From: Longimicrobiales bacterium
GTDB lineage: Bacteria > Gemmatimonadota > Gemmatimonadetes > Longimicrobiales > Gaopeijiaceae
DNA: 64,000 nt
Assembly: GCA_965202985.1 (NCBI GenBank)
Contig: CBDBCF010000001.1
Location: 1,088,001-1,152,000 of the forward strand
Direction: 5' to 3'
Shown here in pieces: positions 1 through 9,477 of the stretch. The position numbers and the translations under genes were made by a program. Numbering within the stretch: the first letter of the stretch is position 1; the number at the start of each line of letters is the position of its first letter. The notes beneath the pieces are model-generated. The model was not told the DNA's origin. It saw only the letters and a list, made by a program, of their open reading frames with translations, and searched no databases.

Positions 1-1
1 C

Positions 2-1624
2 TTGTCCGTCCCTGCGTCCGTCCTGCTGGCCGTGCTCGCGGTCGCGACCGCTGCCTGGGCTCCCGGCGGGATGGAAGCGCAGGAGCCGTACTCGCCCTTG
101 GTGCCCCGGGGCGCCGTGCGCATGGGCGTGGCGACCTCGTATTCGACGTTCTCCGGGCGCTACGGATCCCCCTCGGCCAGGGCCGGGGCGTCCACCGCGC
201 TGGAGGAGTTGGCCGCCGGCTTCTCGGGCCCAGCGGGCACGCGGGTCTTTCCCGCGCTGTCGGCGTTCGAGGAGGCCGTGGGCGCCGCGACGGGGCAAGC
301 CTATTCCATGAGCCTGGGGTCGCTCGAGACGGTCATGGCGAAGAACTCCGCAACGCTGCGGGCGTCCTTGGACGCGGGCGTGCTGGACTGGCTGTCGGTG
401 GGCGTCATGGCCCCCCTGTCGCGAAGCGAGACCGAGTTCGAGATGCACTTTGCCGCCGATTCGGTCGCCGGCCCCAACGCGGGCTTCAGCCCGGCCGCAG
501 ACGGCGGGAGTTCGGTGGCCACGTTCCTCTCGGCGCTGGGCAGTTCCATCGGCGCATTCGACGCCTTTCGGGCTCGGACCTGCTCGGACGGCCCCGACTC
601 CGCGGCCTGCCGCGACGCCACGGCGCTGGCGGCGGATTCGCGACGCTTTCACGAAGCGGTCTCGGTCATGTACGGAAGCATGCTGGCGCCGCTCGCGTCT
701 TCGGCGGCGGGCATGGCGCTCCAGGCGCGGCTGGAAGCGTTGGCGGGGGCGTTTCGGGCGTCGGGCGTCGGCGGCGTCCCTTCCCGGGCGCCCTTGGCCT
801 CGGCTCCGTTGACGGCGGAGGACCTGCAGGAGCTGGCTCGCAACCCGGCGTTCGGCACCGGCGCCGCGCACCCCTTGGCCGCATGGATGTCGTTGTGGCG
901 GCTGGGCGACATCGAGGTGCGCGCCAACGCCCGCGTGCTGGAAGTCGGCGGCGACGAGGCCGGATACCGCTTGACGGCCGGCGCAGGCGCCATGGTCAGG
1001 CTTCCCACGGGCGCCCGCGACGACCCGGCCCACTTCTTGGACATGGGGTCCGGCGACGGACAGACCGACGTGGAGCTGCGGGCGTGGACGAACGGGCAGT
1101 GGGGCGCCCGGCTGGGGCTGTGGACCGACCTCCGCTACGGCCTGCAGCTGGCCACGGTCGCGGAGCGCCGCGTCTTCGATCCGGCCTTCGCCATGCCCCC
1201 CCAGCGCACGCAGTTTAGCCTGGAGTGGGACCCGGGCGACTACTTGGTCGCCGAAGCCGCGCCCTGGTACCGGCCAGTGACGCCGATGACCGTGTTCGCC
1301 GGCTTCCGCTACTACCGCAAGGGCCGGGACGCATTCGCCTATTCCGCGGCCCCGTCGGCCGAAGACGCGGATGGGACGCCCCAGCCGACGCCGACAAGCC
1401 TTCCCGACCTGGAGGTGCTGGCGGGCGGCAGCGCGCAGTCGTCCAGCCGCATCGTCGTGGGCTTCGTGTACGCACAGTCTCGCGACTCGGGCCGCGGGCT
1501 GTTCGGCCAGCCCCTGGAGGTGCGCACGACCTACCGGCGGGTGACGGCCGGTCGGGGTGGAGTACCGGCCGCGTCGTCGCTGGAGGTGCGCTTCCGCATC
1601 TTCGTGGGGCTCTGGCAAGGCTGA
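2..1624 (+). CDS. Exported hypothetical protein, probable outer-membrane protein (5' end may lie at or before the window edge)
   Basis: 540-aa ORF with signal-peptide-like N-terminus (VLLAVLAVATAAWA) and alternating beta-strand-like C-terminal segments (LEVRFRIFVGLW). Confidence 0.6.
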   Translation: MSVPASVLLAVLAVATAAWAPGGMEAQEPYSPLVPRGAVRMGVATSYSTFSGRYGSPSARAGASTALEELAAGFSGPAGTRVFPALSAFEEAVGAATGQAYSMSLGSLETVMAKNSATLRASLDAGVLDWLSVGVMAPLSRSETEFEMHFAADSVAGPNAGFSPAADGGSSVATFLSALGSSIGAFDAFRARTCSDGPDSAACRDATALAADSRRFHEAVSVMYGSMLAPLASSAAGMALQARLEALAGAFRASGVGGVPSRAPLASAPLTAEDLQELARNPAFGTGAAHPLAAWMSLWRLGDIEVRANARVLEVGGDEAGYRLTAGAGAMVRLPTGARDDPAHFLDMGSGDGQTDVELRAWTNGQWGARLGLWTDLRYGLQLATVAERRVFDPAFAMPPQRTQFSLEWDPGDYLVAEAAPWYRPVTPMTVFAGFRYYRKGRDAFAYSAAPSAEDADGTPQPTPTSLPDLEVLAGGSAQSSSRIVVGFVYAQSRDSGRGLFGQPLEVRTTYRRVTAGRGGVPAASSLEVRFRIFVGLWQG

Positions 1625-1697
1625 CCGCGACTCGCCAGATTGCGTGCCCGCCCGGAAGCCCGCGTCGGCAAAGGAAGGATCGATCAAGGTCTCCATC

Positions 1698-1889
1698 ATG
1701 CTCAACGGCGAGCCGCGCTCCGTCCCGTCGGGCTATTGCGTCGCGCAGCTTCTGGAGTCGCTGGACCTCCGGCCGGGCACGGTCGTCGTGGAACGCAACC
1801 GGGAGATCCTGGCCCGGAACGCCCTGAGCTCCGTCGTCGTGGAGGAAGGCGACAAGATCGAGGTCGTGCACTTCGTGGGAGGCGGATGA
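1698..1889 (+). CDS. thiS: Sulfur carrier protein ThiS
   Basis: MLNGE...VVVERNREI...GDKIEVVHFVGGG with C-terminal GG; directly upstream of thiG. Start could instead be GTG 1644. Confidence 0.92.
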   Translation: MLNGEPRSVPSGYCVAQLLESLDLRPGTVVVERNREILARNALSSVVVEEGDKIEVVHFVGGG

Positions 1890-1890
1890 A

Positions 1891-2748
1891 GTGAGTTCTG
1901 AGAGCAACCGCGGAGGTTCCGACCCGTGGGTCGTGGCGGACCGCGCCTTTGCCTCGCGGCTGATCGTGGGAACCGGCAAGTACCGGTCCAACGCCGAGAT
2001 GACGCGCGCCGTCCGCGCCAGCGGAGCGGAGATGGTGACGGTGGCCGTCCGGCGCGTCGACCTGACGCGCAACCGGGAGGACGACATCCTCAACCACCTG
2101 GACCCGGACGAGTACTTCCTGCTGCCCAACACGGCGGGCTGCTACGCGGCCGAGGACGCCTTGCGCTACGCCCGCTTGGGCCGGGCCGCGGGCATGTCCG
2201 ACTGGGTCAAGCTGGAGGTCATCGGCGACCGGCGCACGCTGCTGCCCGACGTGGCGGCCACCTTGGAAGCCGCCCGGCAGCTGGTGCAGGAAGGCTTCAC
2301 GGTCCTTGCCTACACCAACGACGACCTGGTGACGGCGCTTCGGCTGGAAGACGCGGGCTGCGCGGCGGTCATGCCCTTGGCCAGTCCCATCGGCAGCGGC
2401 CTGGGCGTGGTCAACCCGTACTACATCCGCGAGATCAAGCGTCGGCTGGCGGTGCCGGTCGTGGTGGACGCGGGCGTGGGCACGGCGTCGGACGCATGCG
2501 TCGTCATGGAGCAGGGCGTGGACGGCGTGCTCATGAACACGGCCGTCGCGGCGGCGCGCGACCCCGTGCGGATGGGCGTCGCCATGAAGGAGGCCGTGCG
2601 GGCGGGGCGGCGCGCGTTCCTGGCGGGGCGGATGCCGGCCCGGGAGATCGCGGTGCCGTCGTCGCCGGGCGAAGGAATGCTTGACGGGGACCCGAGCCGA
2701 GACGCCAGCCGCCAGGCACTGGGCAGCGCAACGCCGACGACCGAGTGA
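1891..2748 (+). CDS. thiG: Thiazole synthase ThiG
   Basis: SRLIVGTGKY, LLPNTAGC, WVKLEVIGD, MPLASPIGSGLG, DAGVGTASDA motifs. Confidence 0.97.
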   Translation: MSSESNRGGSDPWVVADRAFASRLIVGTGKYRSNAEMTRAVRASGAEMVTVAVRRVDLTRNREDDILNHLDPDEYFLLPNTAGCYAAEDALRYARLGRAAGMSDWVKLEVIGDRRTLLPDVAATLEAARQLVQEGFTVLAYTNDDLVTALRLEDAGCAAVMPLASPIGSGLGVVNPYYIREIKRRLAVPVVVDAGVGTASDACVVMEQGVDGVLMNTAVAAARDPVRMGVAMKEAVRAGRRAFLAGRMPAREIAVPSSPGEGMLDGDPSRDASRQALGSATPTTE

Positions 2749-4097
2749 CGCGGCTTTCGCCGGGGCGCGCTGTGGCCGCCGCGGTCTTGGAGCAAGTGGA
2801 GTCGGGCCGGCGGCTGGATGTGGCCTGGGAGGCTTCGGCCGCGCCCGGCGCCCCGGATCGGCCGTGGATACGCGCACTCGTGTACGGCACGGTTCGGTTG
2901 CGCGGGCGCGTCGATCATCGGCTGACCGTCGCCGGCGGCGGTCGCCGTCCCGCCGACCTGGACCCGCCCGTGCGCACCGCGCTTCGCATGGGCGCGTTCC
3001 AGATCACGGAGATGGGGAGCGTACCGGTGTACGCTGCGGTCGCCCAGTCGGTGGAGCAGGTCAAGGAGACCCGAAGCCGGGCCGCGGCGGGACTGGTGAA
3101 CGCCGTCCTGCGAAAGCTGGCCACGGCCGAGGCGCAGGCCCGGCCCGCGCGTCGCCCCTGGGACGCCGGCTTCCCCGATCCGTCCACCGACCTGGAGTCC
3201 TATTTGACGACTTGGGGATCGCATCCGCGATGGCTGGTTCGACGTTGGCTGCGGCAGTTCGGCGACGCGGCCACGCGCGCGATCGTCGAGGCGAACAACA
3301 AGGAGCCCCGAACCTACGTACGGCCCGTGGGCGTGGACGCCGCCCAGGCGGCTCGAACTCTGGCCCGGGAGGGCATGGCGGCCGCGGACTCGCCCGGCGC
3401 GGAGACCCCGTGCATCCCCCTCCGCCCCGGCGCGGACCCGGCGGCCGCGCTCGCGCTGACGCCCGGCGTGGTGCAGGATCCCGCGAGCGCCCTTGCGGCG
3501 GACTTCGCGGCACCCCCCGCAGGCGCCCTCGTGGCGGACTTGTGCGCTGCGCCCGGAGGCAAGGCGTTGGCGCTGAGCGCCGGGGCCAGAGGCGTCGTGG
3601 CGGCGGACCTGTCGCCCAGGCGGCTGGAAAGGGTGGCCCGGAACGTAGCCTGCGTGGCCCAAGCAAGTTCGCGCGTTCCATGCCCAGTCTGGCCCGTGGC
3701 GGCAGACGCTCGCCTTCCCCCGGTCCGGCGGGCCGAAGCGGTGCTGGCCGACGTGCCCTGCACGGGAACGGGAACGCTGCGGCGGCACCCCGACGGCCGC
3801 TGGCGCCTTCGCGAAACGGACGTGGAACGCATGGCGGGCGTGCAAACGGCGATATTGGAAGGCGCGGCCTCGGTGGTTTCGCCAGGGGGGCTGCTGGTTT
3901 ACGCTACATGCACGTTGGAGCCGGAAGAGAACGGGGTTCAGGTGGAACGATTCCTCGAGCGGCGCCCGGAGTTCCGCATCGAGCCGGGACCAGCGCCCCA
4001 GCGCTTTCTGGACGACCAGGGGCAGCTTTGGATCCGGCCCCACGAGAGCGGCTTCGACGGCGCCTTCGCGGCTCGCATGAGAAGGCGGGCGGCATGA
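2745..4097 (+). CDS. rsmB: 16S rRNA m5C967 methyltransferase RsmB/Sun (NusB-like domain + MTase)
   Basis: LVYGTVRL and LVNAVLR NusB-like part; DLCAAPGGK, DVPCTGTG, LVYATC catalytic motifs. Confidence 0.93.
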   Translation: MTRLSPGRAVAAAVLEQVESGRRLDVAWEASAAPGAPDRPWIRALVYGTVRLRGRVDHRLTVAGGGRRPADLDPPVRTALRMGAFQITEMGSVPVYAAVAQSVEQVKETRSRAAAGLVNAVLRKLATAEAQARPARRPWDAGFPDPSTDLESYLTTWGSHPRWLVRRWLRQFGDAATRAIVEANNKEPRTYVRPVGVDAAQAARTLAREGMAAADSPGAETPCIPLRPGADPAAALALTPGVVQDPASALAADFAAPPAGALVADLCAAPGGKALALSAGARGVVAADLSPRRLERVARNVACVAQASSRVPCPVWPVAADARLPPVRRAEAVLADVPCTGTGTLRRHPDGRWRLRETDVERMAGVQTAILEGAASVVSPGGLLVYATCTLEPEENGVQVERFLERRPEFRIEPGPAPQRFLDDQGQLWIRPHESGFDGAFAARMRRRAA

Positions 4098-4174
4098 ATG
4101 GGCGACTCGCGCCGGAAGGCGCGCGGGCAATGAACGAAGAAGACGGGAGCCAGACCGTGCGGACGGGACCATAA

Positions 4175-5089
4175 ATGGACTTGGGCAGCTCCATTCGCCG
4201 GCGACGGCGTCCGGGCCGAGAAAAGTCCCTCGACCGCGCGGACCAACCGGACGCCGATTGGCACGACGAACGTGACGGCGCCCGCGCCCCCGGCAGGGCC
4301 CGTCGCGCGCTCCGGAACGCCGGCGTGGCGGTCGGCTTGGCCGTCGTGGGAGGGGGAACCGGGTACGCCGTAGCCACCATGGTGCTCTTCCCCCTGCCCG
4401 AAGTGCCTTCCCGGATGCAGGGGGTGCCGGACCTCCGAGGGCGCGCGCTGCCGGCCGCGTTGGCGGCGGTGACGGACTCGGGGCTGGTCGTGGAGCGCGT
4501 CGATTCGGTTCGCCACCCGACGGCGGCCAGGGGCAAGGTGATCGGCCAGGGACCGCTTCCCGGAGCCACGGCGCTCCCGGGCGCGGCGGTTCGCGTCACC
4601 GTGTCGCTGGGACCCGAGGTCCGCAACGTGCCCGACGTGACGCGGCTTCCCGGCGATCGGGCCGCGGCGCTTCTGAGCGCAGGGGGCTTCCGAGTCCAGG
4701 TGGACACGGTGGAGTCTGGGCTGCCGGCGGGCCGGGTCGTCGGCATCGATCCAGAGCCGGGCGTCCCAATCCCGATCCCCGGAGACGTGCACCTTCGAGT
4801 CAGCCAAGGCCCCCCGACCTTCCCGATGCCCGACTTGACGGGCGCGGGCGAGGCTCGGGCCGTGGCCGTGCTGGACTCCCTGGGCTTGCCGCTGCAGGAG
4901 GTGGACCGGCGGTTCAGCCTCTTGAACGTCGGGGCCGTCTTCGGCCAGACGCCGGGGCCGAACGTCCTGGTGGAGGCGGGAACCCCCGTGCGAATCGTCG
5001 TGGGCGAAGAAATGGTCCGCCGGGACTCGCCTCTCGGCATCGACGCGCCTCCAGACCCCGACCCGCAACAGCTTGGCAATGGCGACTAG
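4175..5089 (+). CDS. Membrane-anchored protein with three PASTA domains and no kinase domain
   Basis: One TM segment, then repeats VPDLRG..., VPDVT..., MPDLTG... each ending in a Q/D-P-x-P-G...V-x-V/I-x-V-S/G motif. Confidence 0.88.
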   Translation: MDLGSSIRRRRRPGREKSLDRADQPDADWHDERDGARAPGRARRALRNAGVAVGLAVVGGGTGYAVATMVLFPLPEVPSRMQGVPDLRGRALPAALAAVTDSGLVVERVDSVRHPTAARGKVIGQGPLPGATALPGAAVRVTVSLGPEVRNVPDVTRLPGDRAAALLSAGGFRVQVDTVESGLPAGRVVGIDPEPGVPIPIPGDVHLRVSQGPPTFPMPDLTGAGEARAVAVLDSLGLPLQEVDRRFSLLNVGAVFGQTPGPNVLVEAGTPVRIVVGEEMVRRDSPLGIDAPPDPDPQQLGNGD

Positions 5090-5666
5090 CGCACGGGCCG
5101 AACGGCCGAGCCGCAGCCGGGGCCGCCGTGCGTACTGGGTCGCCGGGGCCGCCGTCGTGGCCGTCGTGGCGGCGGCTTGGTTCTCCCGGAACCGCGCGCC
5201 CCCAGTCGCGGCCGGATATGCGGCGCCGGACTTTCTCGTGGCCGACGCTGCGGGCGCCCCCGTCACGCTGGCCGACTACCGAGGCAAGGTCGTTCTCCTA
5301 AACGTCTGGGCGACGTGGTGCGGCCCCTGCGAAGAGGAGATGCCGGCGATGCAGCGGCTGTACGAGCGCTTCTCGCAGGACGACTTCGAGATCGCGGCGA
5401 TCAGCATCGACGCTCGGCCGGGGCGCTTCGACGCCTTGGGCAACACGGGCGGCGACCCCGTCGCGTTCGCGCGCGAGCGCGGCTTGACGTTCCCCGTCCT
5501 CCTGGACCCGTCGGGCGAAATCCAGCGCGTCTACCGCACCACGGGCGTGCCCGAGTCGTTCCTGATCGGCCGCGACGGCATCATCTGGAAGAAGGTGGCC
5601 GGCTCCTGGGCGTGGGACTCGGAGACCGCCGTGGCCCAGGTGCGCCGACTGGTGGAGGGACCGTAG
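5079..5666 (+). CDS. TlpA/ResA-like thiol-disulfide oxidoreductase
   Basis: N-terminal TM, APDF, LNVWATWCGPCEEEMP, GVPESFLIGRDG. Confidence 0.93.
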   Translation: MATSARAERPSRSRGRRAYWVAGAAVVAVVAAAWFSRNRAPPVAAGYAAPDFLVADAAGAPVTLADYRGKVVLLNVWATWCGPCEEEMPAMQRLYERFSQDDFEIAAISIDARPGRFDALGNTGGDPVAFARERGLTFPVLLDPSGEIQRVYRTTGVPESFLIGRDGIIWKKVAGSWAWDSETAVAQVRRLVEGP

Positions 5667-5669
5667 CCC

Positions 5670-6635
5670 GTGTCGCTCCCCGGCATCCTGCTTCGCAACT
5701 GGCGCCTGAAGTCGATCGCCCTGGCCCTGGCCGTGCTCCTGTGGATCACCATGCGCCTGCGCGACGACTCGGGGACCAGCCGGCGAGAGCTGCCCGTGGA
5801 CGTGCGCGTGGAAAACCTGGACCCCGACTGGGTTGCGCTGGGCGCCCCGTCCCCTCCGTCGGTGAGCATGATGGTGCACGGCTCGTTCGGCGACCTGTTC
5901 CGGGCCGCCGTGGCTCGCCCCGTCGTGGTCGTTCCCGTGGACTCGGTGCCGGGAGAGGACTGGGTGCTGCCGCTGGAGGCGGGCTGGGTCGCCAACTTGG
6001 ACCAGGGCCGCGTCGTGGTGGACGACTTCACGCCCAGCACGGTTCGACTTCGCTTCGAGCGCAATAGGGTCGTGCCCGTCCCCGTCTCCTTCCGGGGCTC
6101 GGGCGCCTTGCCCGACGGCTTGGCCCTGGCCAGAGCCCCTCGCGTCAACCCCGTGTTCACGCAGGTGCGGGGTCCGGCCTCGGTGCTCGACGGCCTGGAG
6201 ACCGTCTTCCTGGAGCCCTTCGACCTGGGGCGCATCACCGACCCGGGACCTGCCCGCTTCGAAGTGGCCATGGACACGGCCGGACTGTCGCGCGCGGCCG
6301 TAAGCCCCGCCACGGCGATTCTCACGGTGGAGGCCGCCCCCAAGGAGAGTCGGGTTCTGGCGTCGATCCCCGTCGAACTTCCCGGCGGCGTGTCCGGCTG
6401 GACGCTCGAGCCCGACTCGGTGTCGGTCGTGCTCTACGGCGCCCGGCGCGCGTTGGCGCGGGTGGACACCGGCCTGGTTCGCGTGCGGCTGGGCATGGAG
6501 ACCGGCGCGCTGGAGCTGCGGATGGAGGAGACCGGCGAAGCGCAAACGCCGTTGGTGCTGGAAGGACTGGGCCGGTGGATCGAAGGCGGGTTGGATCCGG
6601 ACTCGGTGATGGTGCGCAAGACGGGCGCTCCGTGA
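5670..6635 (+). CDS. YbbR/CdaR-like membrane protein
   Basis: N-terminal NWRLKSIALALAVLLW, typical of CdaR/YbbR, followed by beta-rich repeats (P..V.V.G). Confidence 0.8.
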   Translation: MSLPGILLRNWRLKSIALALAVLLWITMRLRDDSGTSRRELPVDVRVENLDPDWVALGAPSPPSVSMMVHGSFGDLFRAAVARPVVVVPVDSVPGEDWVLPLEAGWVANLDQGRVVVDDFTPSTVRLRFERNRVVPVPVSFRGSGALPDGLALARAPRVNPVFTQVRGPASVLDGLETVFLEPFDLGRITDPGPARFEVAMDTAGLSRAAVSPATAILTVEAAPKESRVLASIPVELPGGVSGWTLEPDSVSVVLYGARRALARVDTGLVRVRLGMETGALELRMEETGEAQTPLVLEGLGRWIEGGLDPDSVMVRKTGAP

Positions 6636-7756
6636 TCGGGCCGATACTGGGGATCGAGACCACGTGCGACGAGACGTCGGCGGCGGTGCTGGACCGCGAA
6701 GGGCAGGTGGCGAGCCTGGTCGTCCACTCCCAAGACGTGCACCGGGTGCACGGGGGCGTGGTGCCCGAGCTGGCCGCGCGCGACCACTTGCGGCGGATCG
6801 AGCCGGTCGCGGCCACGGCGCTGGCGGAGGCGGGCGTGGCGCGGGAAGAGCTGGAGGCGGTGGCCGTGGCCGCGGGACCGGGCCTGATCGGCGCCCTCCT
6901 GGTGGGGGTGTCTTGGTCCCGAGCCACCGCGTTCGCCCTGGACGTTCCCCTGATCCCCGTGCACCACATGGAAGCGCACCTGTTCGGCCCCTTGCTGGAG
7001 GACCCGGACGCGACGCCTCCGTTCGTCGCGCTGCTGGTGTCGGGGGGGCACACGCTGCTGCTGTGGACGCCCGAGTGGGGGCGCTACTTCCTGATGGGAC
7101 AGACCCGCGACGACGCCGCCGGCGAGGCGTTCGACAAGGTGGCCAAGCTGCTCGACCTGCCCTACCCCGGCGGGCCGGCGATCGAGAGGGAGGCGGCCCG
7201 GGGCGACCCCGCGCGCTACCGGTTCCCCCGGCCGCTGGCGGGCAAGCGCCGGGCGGGCGACCGGTTCGACTTCTCGTTCTCGGGACTCAAGACGGCGGTG
7301 GGCCAAGCCGTGACGCGCCTGGTCGCGGAGGGGCCGCCGGAGCGCGTGGCGCAGGAACGCCCTCACCTGGCCGTCGCGTTCCAGGAGGCGGCGGTGGACG
7401 TGCTGGCCGCCAAGACGCTGGACGCCGCCGGCGCCGTGGGTTGCCGTCGCGTGCTTCTGGGCGGGGGCGTGTCGGCCAACGGCGCGTTGCGAGAGCGCGT
7501 TCGGGCGGGACTGGGCGCCGAGGGCCGCCTCTTCGCCAGCTCGCCCCGGCTGGCGCTCGACAACGGCGCCATGATCGCGCGGGCGGGCCAGTTCCGGTTC
7601 GACTGCGGGTCCCTGGGCGGCATGGATCAAACCTCCGCGCGCGCGGAGATGCCGGGCGCGGAACCCTGGCGGCCCGACTCGATCACGACCCGGACTCGCG
7701 GCTCGACTCCGCCGCCCGTTGCCGCCCCTGCACCGTCCGACCCGACTTTGGAGTAG
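6632..7756 (+). CDS. tsaD: tRNA N6-adenosine threonylcarbamoyltransferase TsaD
   Basis: ILGIETTCDETSAAV, HGGVVPELAARDH, HHMEAH, LVSGGHT, DDAAGEAFDK, DNGAMIA; GTG start overlaps the upstream stop. Confidence 0.97.
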   Translation: MIGPILGIETTCDETSAAVLDREGQVASLVVHSQDVHRVHGGVVPELAARDHLRRIEPVAATALAEAGVAREELEAVAVAAGPGLIGALLVGVSWSRATAFALDVPLIPVHHMEAHLFGPLLEDPDATPPFVALLVSGGHTLLLWTPEWGRYFLMGQTRDDAAGEAFDKVAKLLDLPYPGGPAIEREAARGDPARYRFPRPLAGKRRAGDRFDFSFSGLKTAVGQAVTRLVAEGPPERVAQERPHLAVAFQEAAVDVLAAKTLDAAGAVGCRRVLLGGGVSANGALRERVRAGLGAEGRLFASSPRLALDNGAMIARAGQFRFDCGSLGGMDQTSARAEMPGAEPWRPDSITTRTRGSTPPPVAAPAPSDPTLE

Positions 7757-7759
7757 TCC

Positions 7760-8611
7760 ATGTATCCGGTCCTCTTTCGACTCCCCGAGTGGCTCCCCGC
7801 AGTGGGCGGAGCGGCCGTGACGTCCTTCGGAATCATGATGCTCGCGTCGTTCCTGGTCGCGGGGTACGTGCTCCGCGCCGAACTGTCGCGCATGGGCGAA
7901 GACGGCGACCGGGCCTGGGACATACTGTTCATGGCGGTGGTGGGCGGCATCGTGGGCGCCCGAGTCTACTACATCCTGCTCAACTACCCGCGCTTCGTGG
8001 CCGATCCGGCCGGAATGCTCCTGTCGCGGGGCGGGCTGGTCTGGTACGGCGGCTTCCTGCTGGCCACGGCCTTGGTCGTCTGGAAGACCCGTCGGCTGGG
8101 TCTTCCCCTGGGCAAGGTGGCCGACGCGACCGGACCCGCGCTGGCGGTGTCGTACGCCGTCGGGCGGATCGGATGCTTCCTGGTCGGCGACGACTACGGA
8201 CGGCCCACGGACTCGTGGGTGGGCATCGCGTTCCCCCAGGGCCAGCCGCCCACCAGGGTTTCCGTCCTCGAGGCCCAGTTCGGCATCCAGGTGGACCCCG
8301 CTCTGGTGGAGAAGTACGGCGACGTTCTCCCCGTGCACCCCACGCAGCTTTACGAGACGGGAGCCTCGTTGCTGATCTTTGCGGTCCTCTGGTCCTGGCG
8401 ACGCCACGACCACCGCAAGGGCTGGCTGTTCATGGCTTGGCTGGCCATGGCCGCCGTCGAGCGCTTCGCCGTGGAGTTCTTCCGGGCCAAGGACGACCGC
8501 TTCTTCGGGGTCCTTACGCTTGCCCAGATCATCTCGCTGGCCTTGGCGGGAGTGGCCGTGGCCTGGGGCGTCCGACTGCGGAAGGGGACGACAGGCGCCG
8601 CCCGGGCGTGA
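7760..8611 (+). CDS. lgt: Prolipoprotein diacylglyceryl transferase Lgt
   Basis: GARVYY, GGLVWYGG, GRIGCFLVGDDYG, HPTQLYE, RFAVEFFR. Confidence 0.95.
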   Translation: MYPVLFRLPEWLPAVGGAAVTSFGIMMLASFLVAGYVLRAELSRMGEDGDRAWDILFMAVVGGIVGARVYYILLNYPRFVADPAGMLLSRGGLVWYGGFLLATALVVWKTRRLGLPLGKVADATGPALAVSYAVGRIGCFLVGDDYGRPTDSWVGIAFPQGQPPTRVSVLEAQFGIQVDPALVEKYGDVLPVHPTQLYETGASLLIFAVLWSWRRHDHRKGWLFMAWLAMAAVERFAVEFFRAKDDRFFGVLTLAQIISLALAGVAVAWGVRLRKGTTGAARA

Positions 8612-9477
8612 CGATCCTCCACGCTTCGGACCTTCACTTCGGCGCGCCCCACCGGCCCGAGGCGGCCGCCGCCCTCTTGGAGCTGGCCCGAGAGGCGGAC
8701 GCGGTCGTCGTCTCGGGCGACCTGACGCAACGCGCCAAGGCCGCCGAGTACCGCGCGGCGGGGGCGTTCTTGGCCCGGCTGGGCGCGAACGGACCTCGGG
8801 TCGCGGTCCCCGGCAACCACGACGTGCCCCTCTACCGCGTGTGGGAACGGTTCGCGGCGCCCTACCGGAAGTATCGGCGCCACGTCGCGCCGGACCTGGA
8901 CACGGTGCTGGACGCGGGACCCGCCGGCGGCGGCGCCCCTCTCGTTCGCTTCGTGGCGATGAACTCCTCCTCGCCCCGGCGCGCGATCGTGAACGGTCGC
9001 CTGTCCCGACGCCAGCTCGCGTTCGCAACGGCGGCCTTCGCCCGCTCGCCCGCCGGCGCCTGCCGCATCCTGGTCGTGCACCACAACCTGGTTCGGGTAG
9101 GCGACGAACCGCGCCGGCGCCTCGGCTCCGCTCCCGACCCGCGGGACACCCCCGCCGCTGGTCGCGACCCGCCCCCCCTGCGCGGCGCCCCCGAGGTCCT
9201 GGACCGCCTCGAGGAGTGGGGCGTGGAGCTGGTGTTGTCCGGCCACGCCCACTTCGCCTGCCAAGCGCCCGTGGGCGCCGCCCTGCTGGTGCAGGCGGGC
9301 ACCGCGTCTTCCTCTCGCGGACGAGGGCCGGAGCAGGGCTGCAACACCGTCAACGTGGTGCGCCTGGAGCCGGAGCAGGCGGAGGTGGCGGTTTATCTTT
9401 ATTCGGAGGACGCCGAGCGCTTCCTGCCCGTGGAAAGCCGCCGGCATCCTCGGCGCGCAAGGGGGGCGGCTTCTTAG
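8608..9477 (+). CDS. Calcineurin-like metallophosphoesterase (CpdA/Icc-like)
   Basis: HASDLHFG, SGDLTQ, VPGNHD, VVHH, LSGHAH in the 3' part of the 6664..9477 frame; GTG overlaps the lgt stop. Confidence 0.9.
   Translation: MTILHASDLHFGAPHRPEAAAALLELAREADAVVVSGDLTQRAKAAEYRAAGAFLARLGANGPRVAVPGNHDVPLYRVWERFAAPYRKYRRHVAPDLDTVLDAGPAGGGAPLVRFVAMNSSSPRRAIVNGRLSRRQLAFATAAFARSPAGACRILVVHHNLVRVGDEPRRRLGSAPDPRDTPAAGRDPPPLRGAPEVLDRLEEWGVELVLSGHAHFACQAPVGAALLVQAGTASSSRGRGPEQGCNTVNVVRLEPEQAEVAVYLYSEDAERFLPVESRRHPRRARGAAS

Noticed and set aside
1624..1700. TPP riboswitch upstream of thiS-thiG
   Set aside because: The gap is short and I see no CTGAGA or other TPP aptamer core.
6664..8607. 937-aa fusion upstream of the metallophosphoesterase
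   Set aside because: Overlaps tsaD and lgt in another frame; the real motifs begin at GTG 8608.
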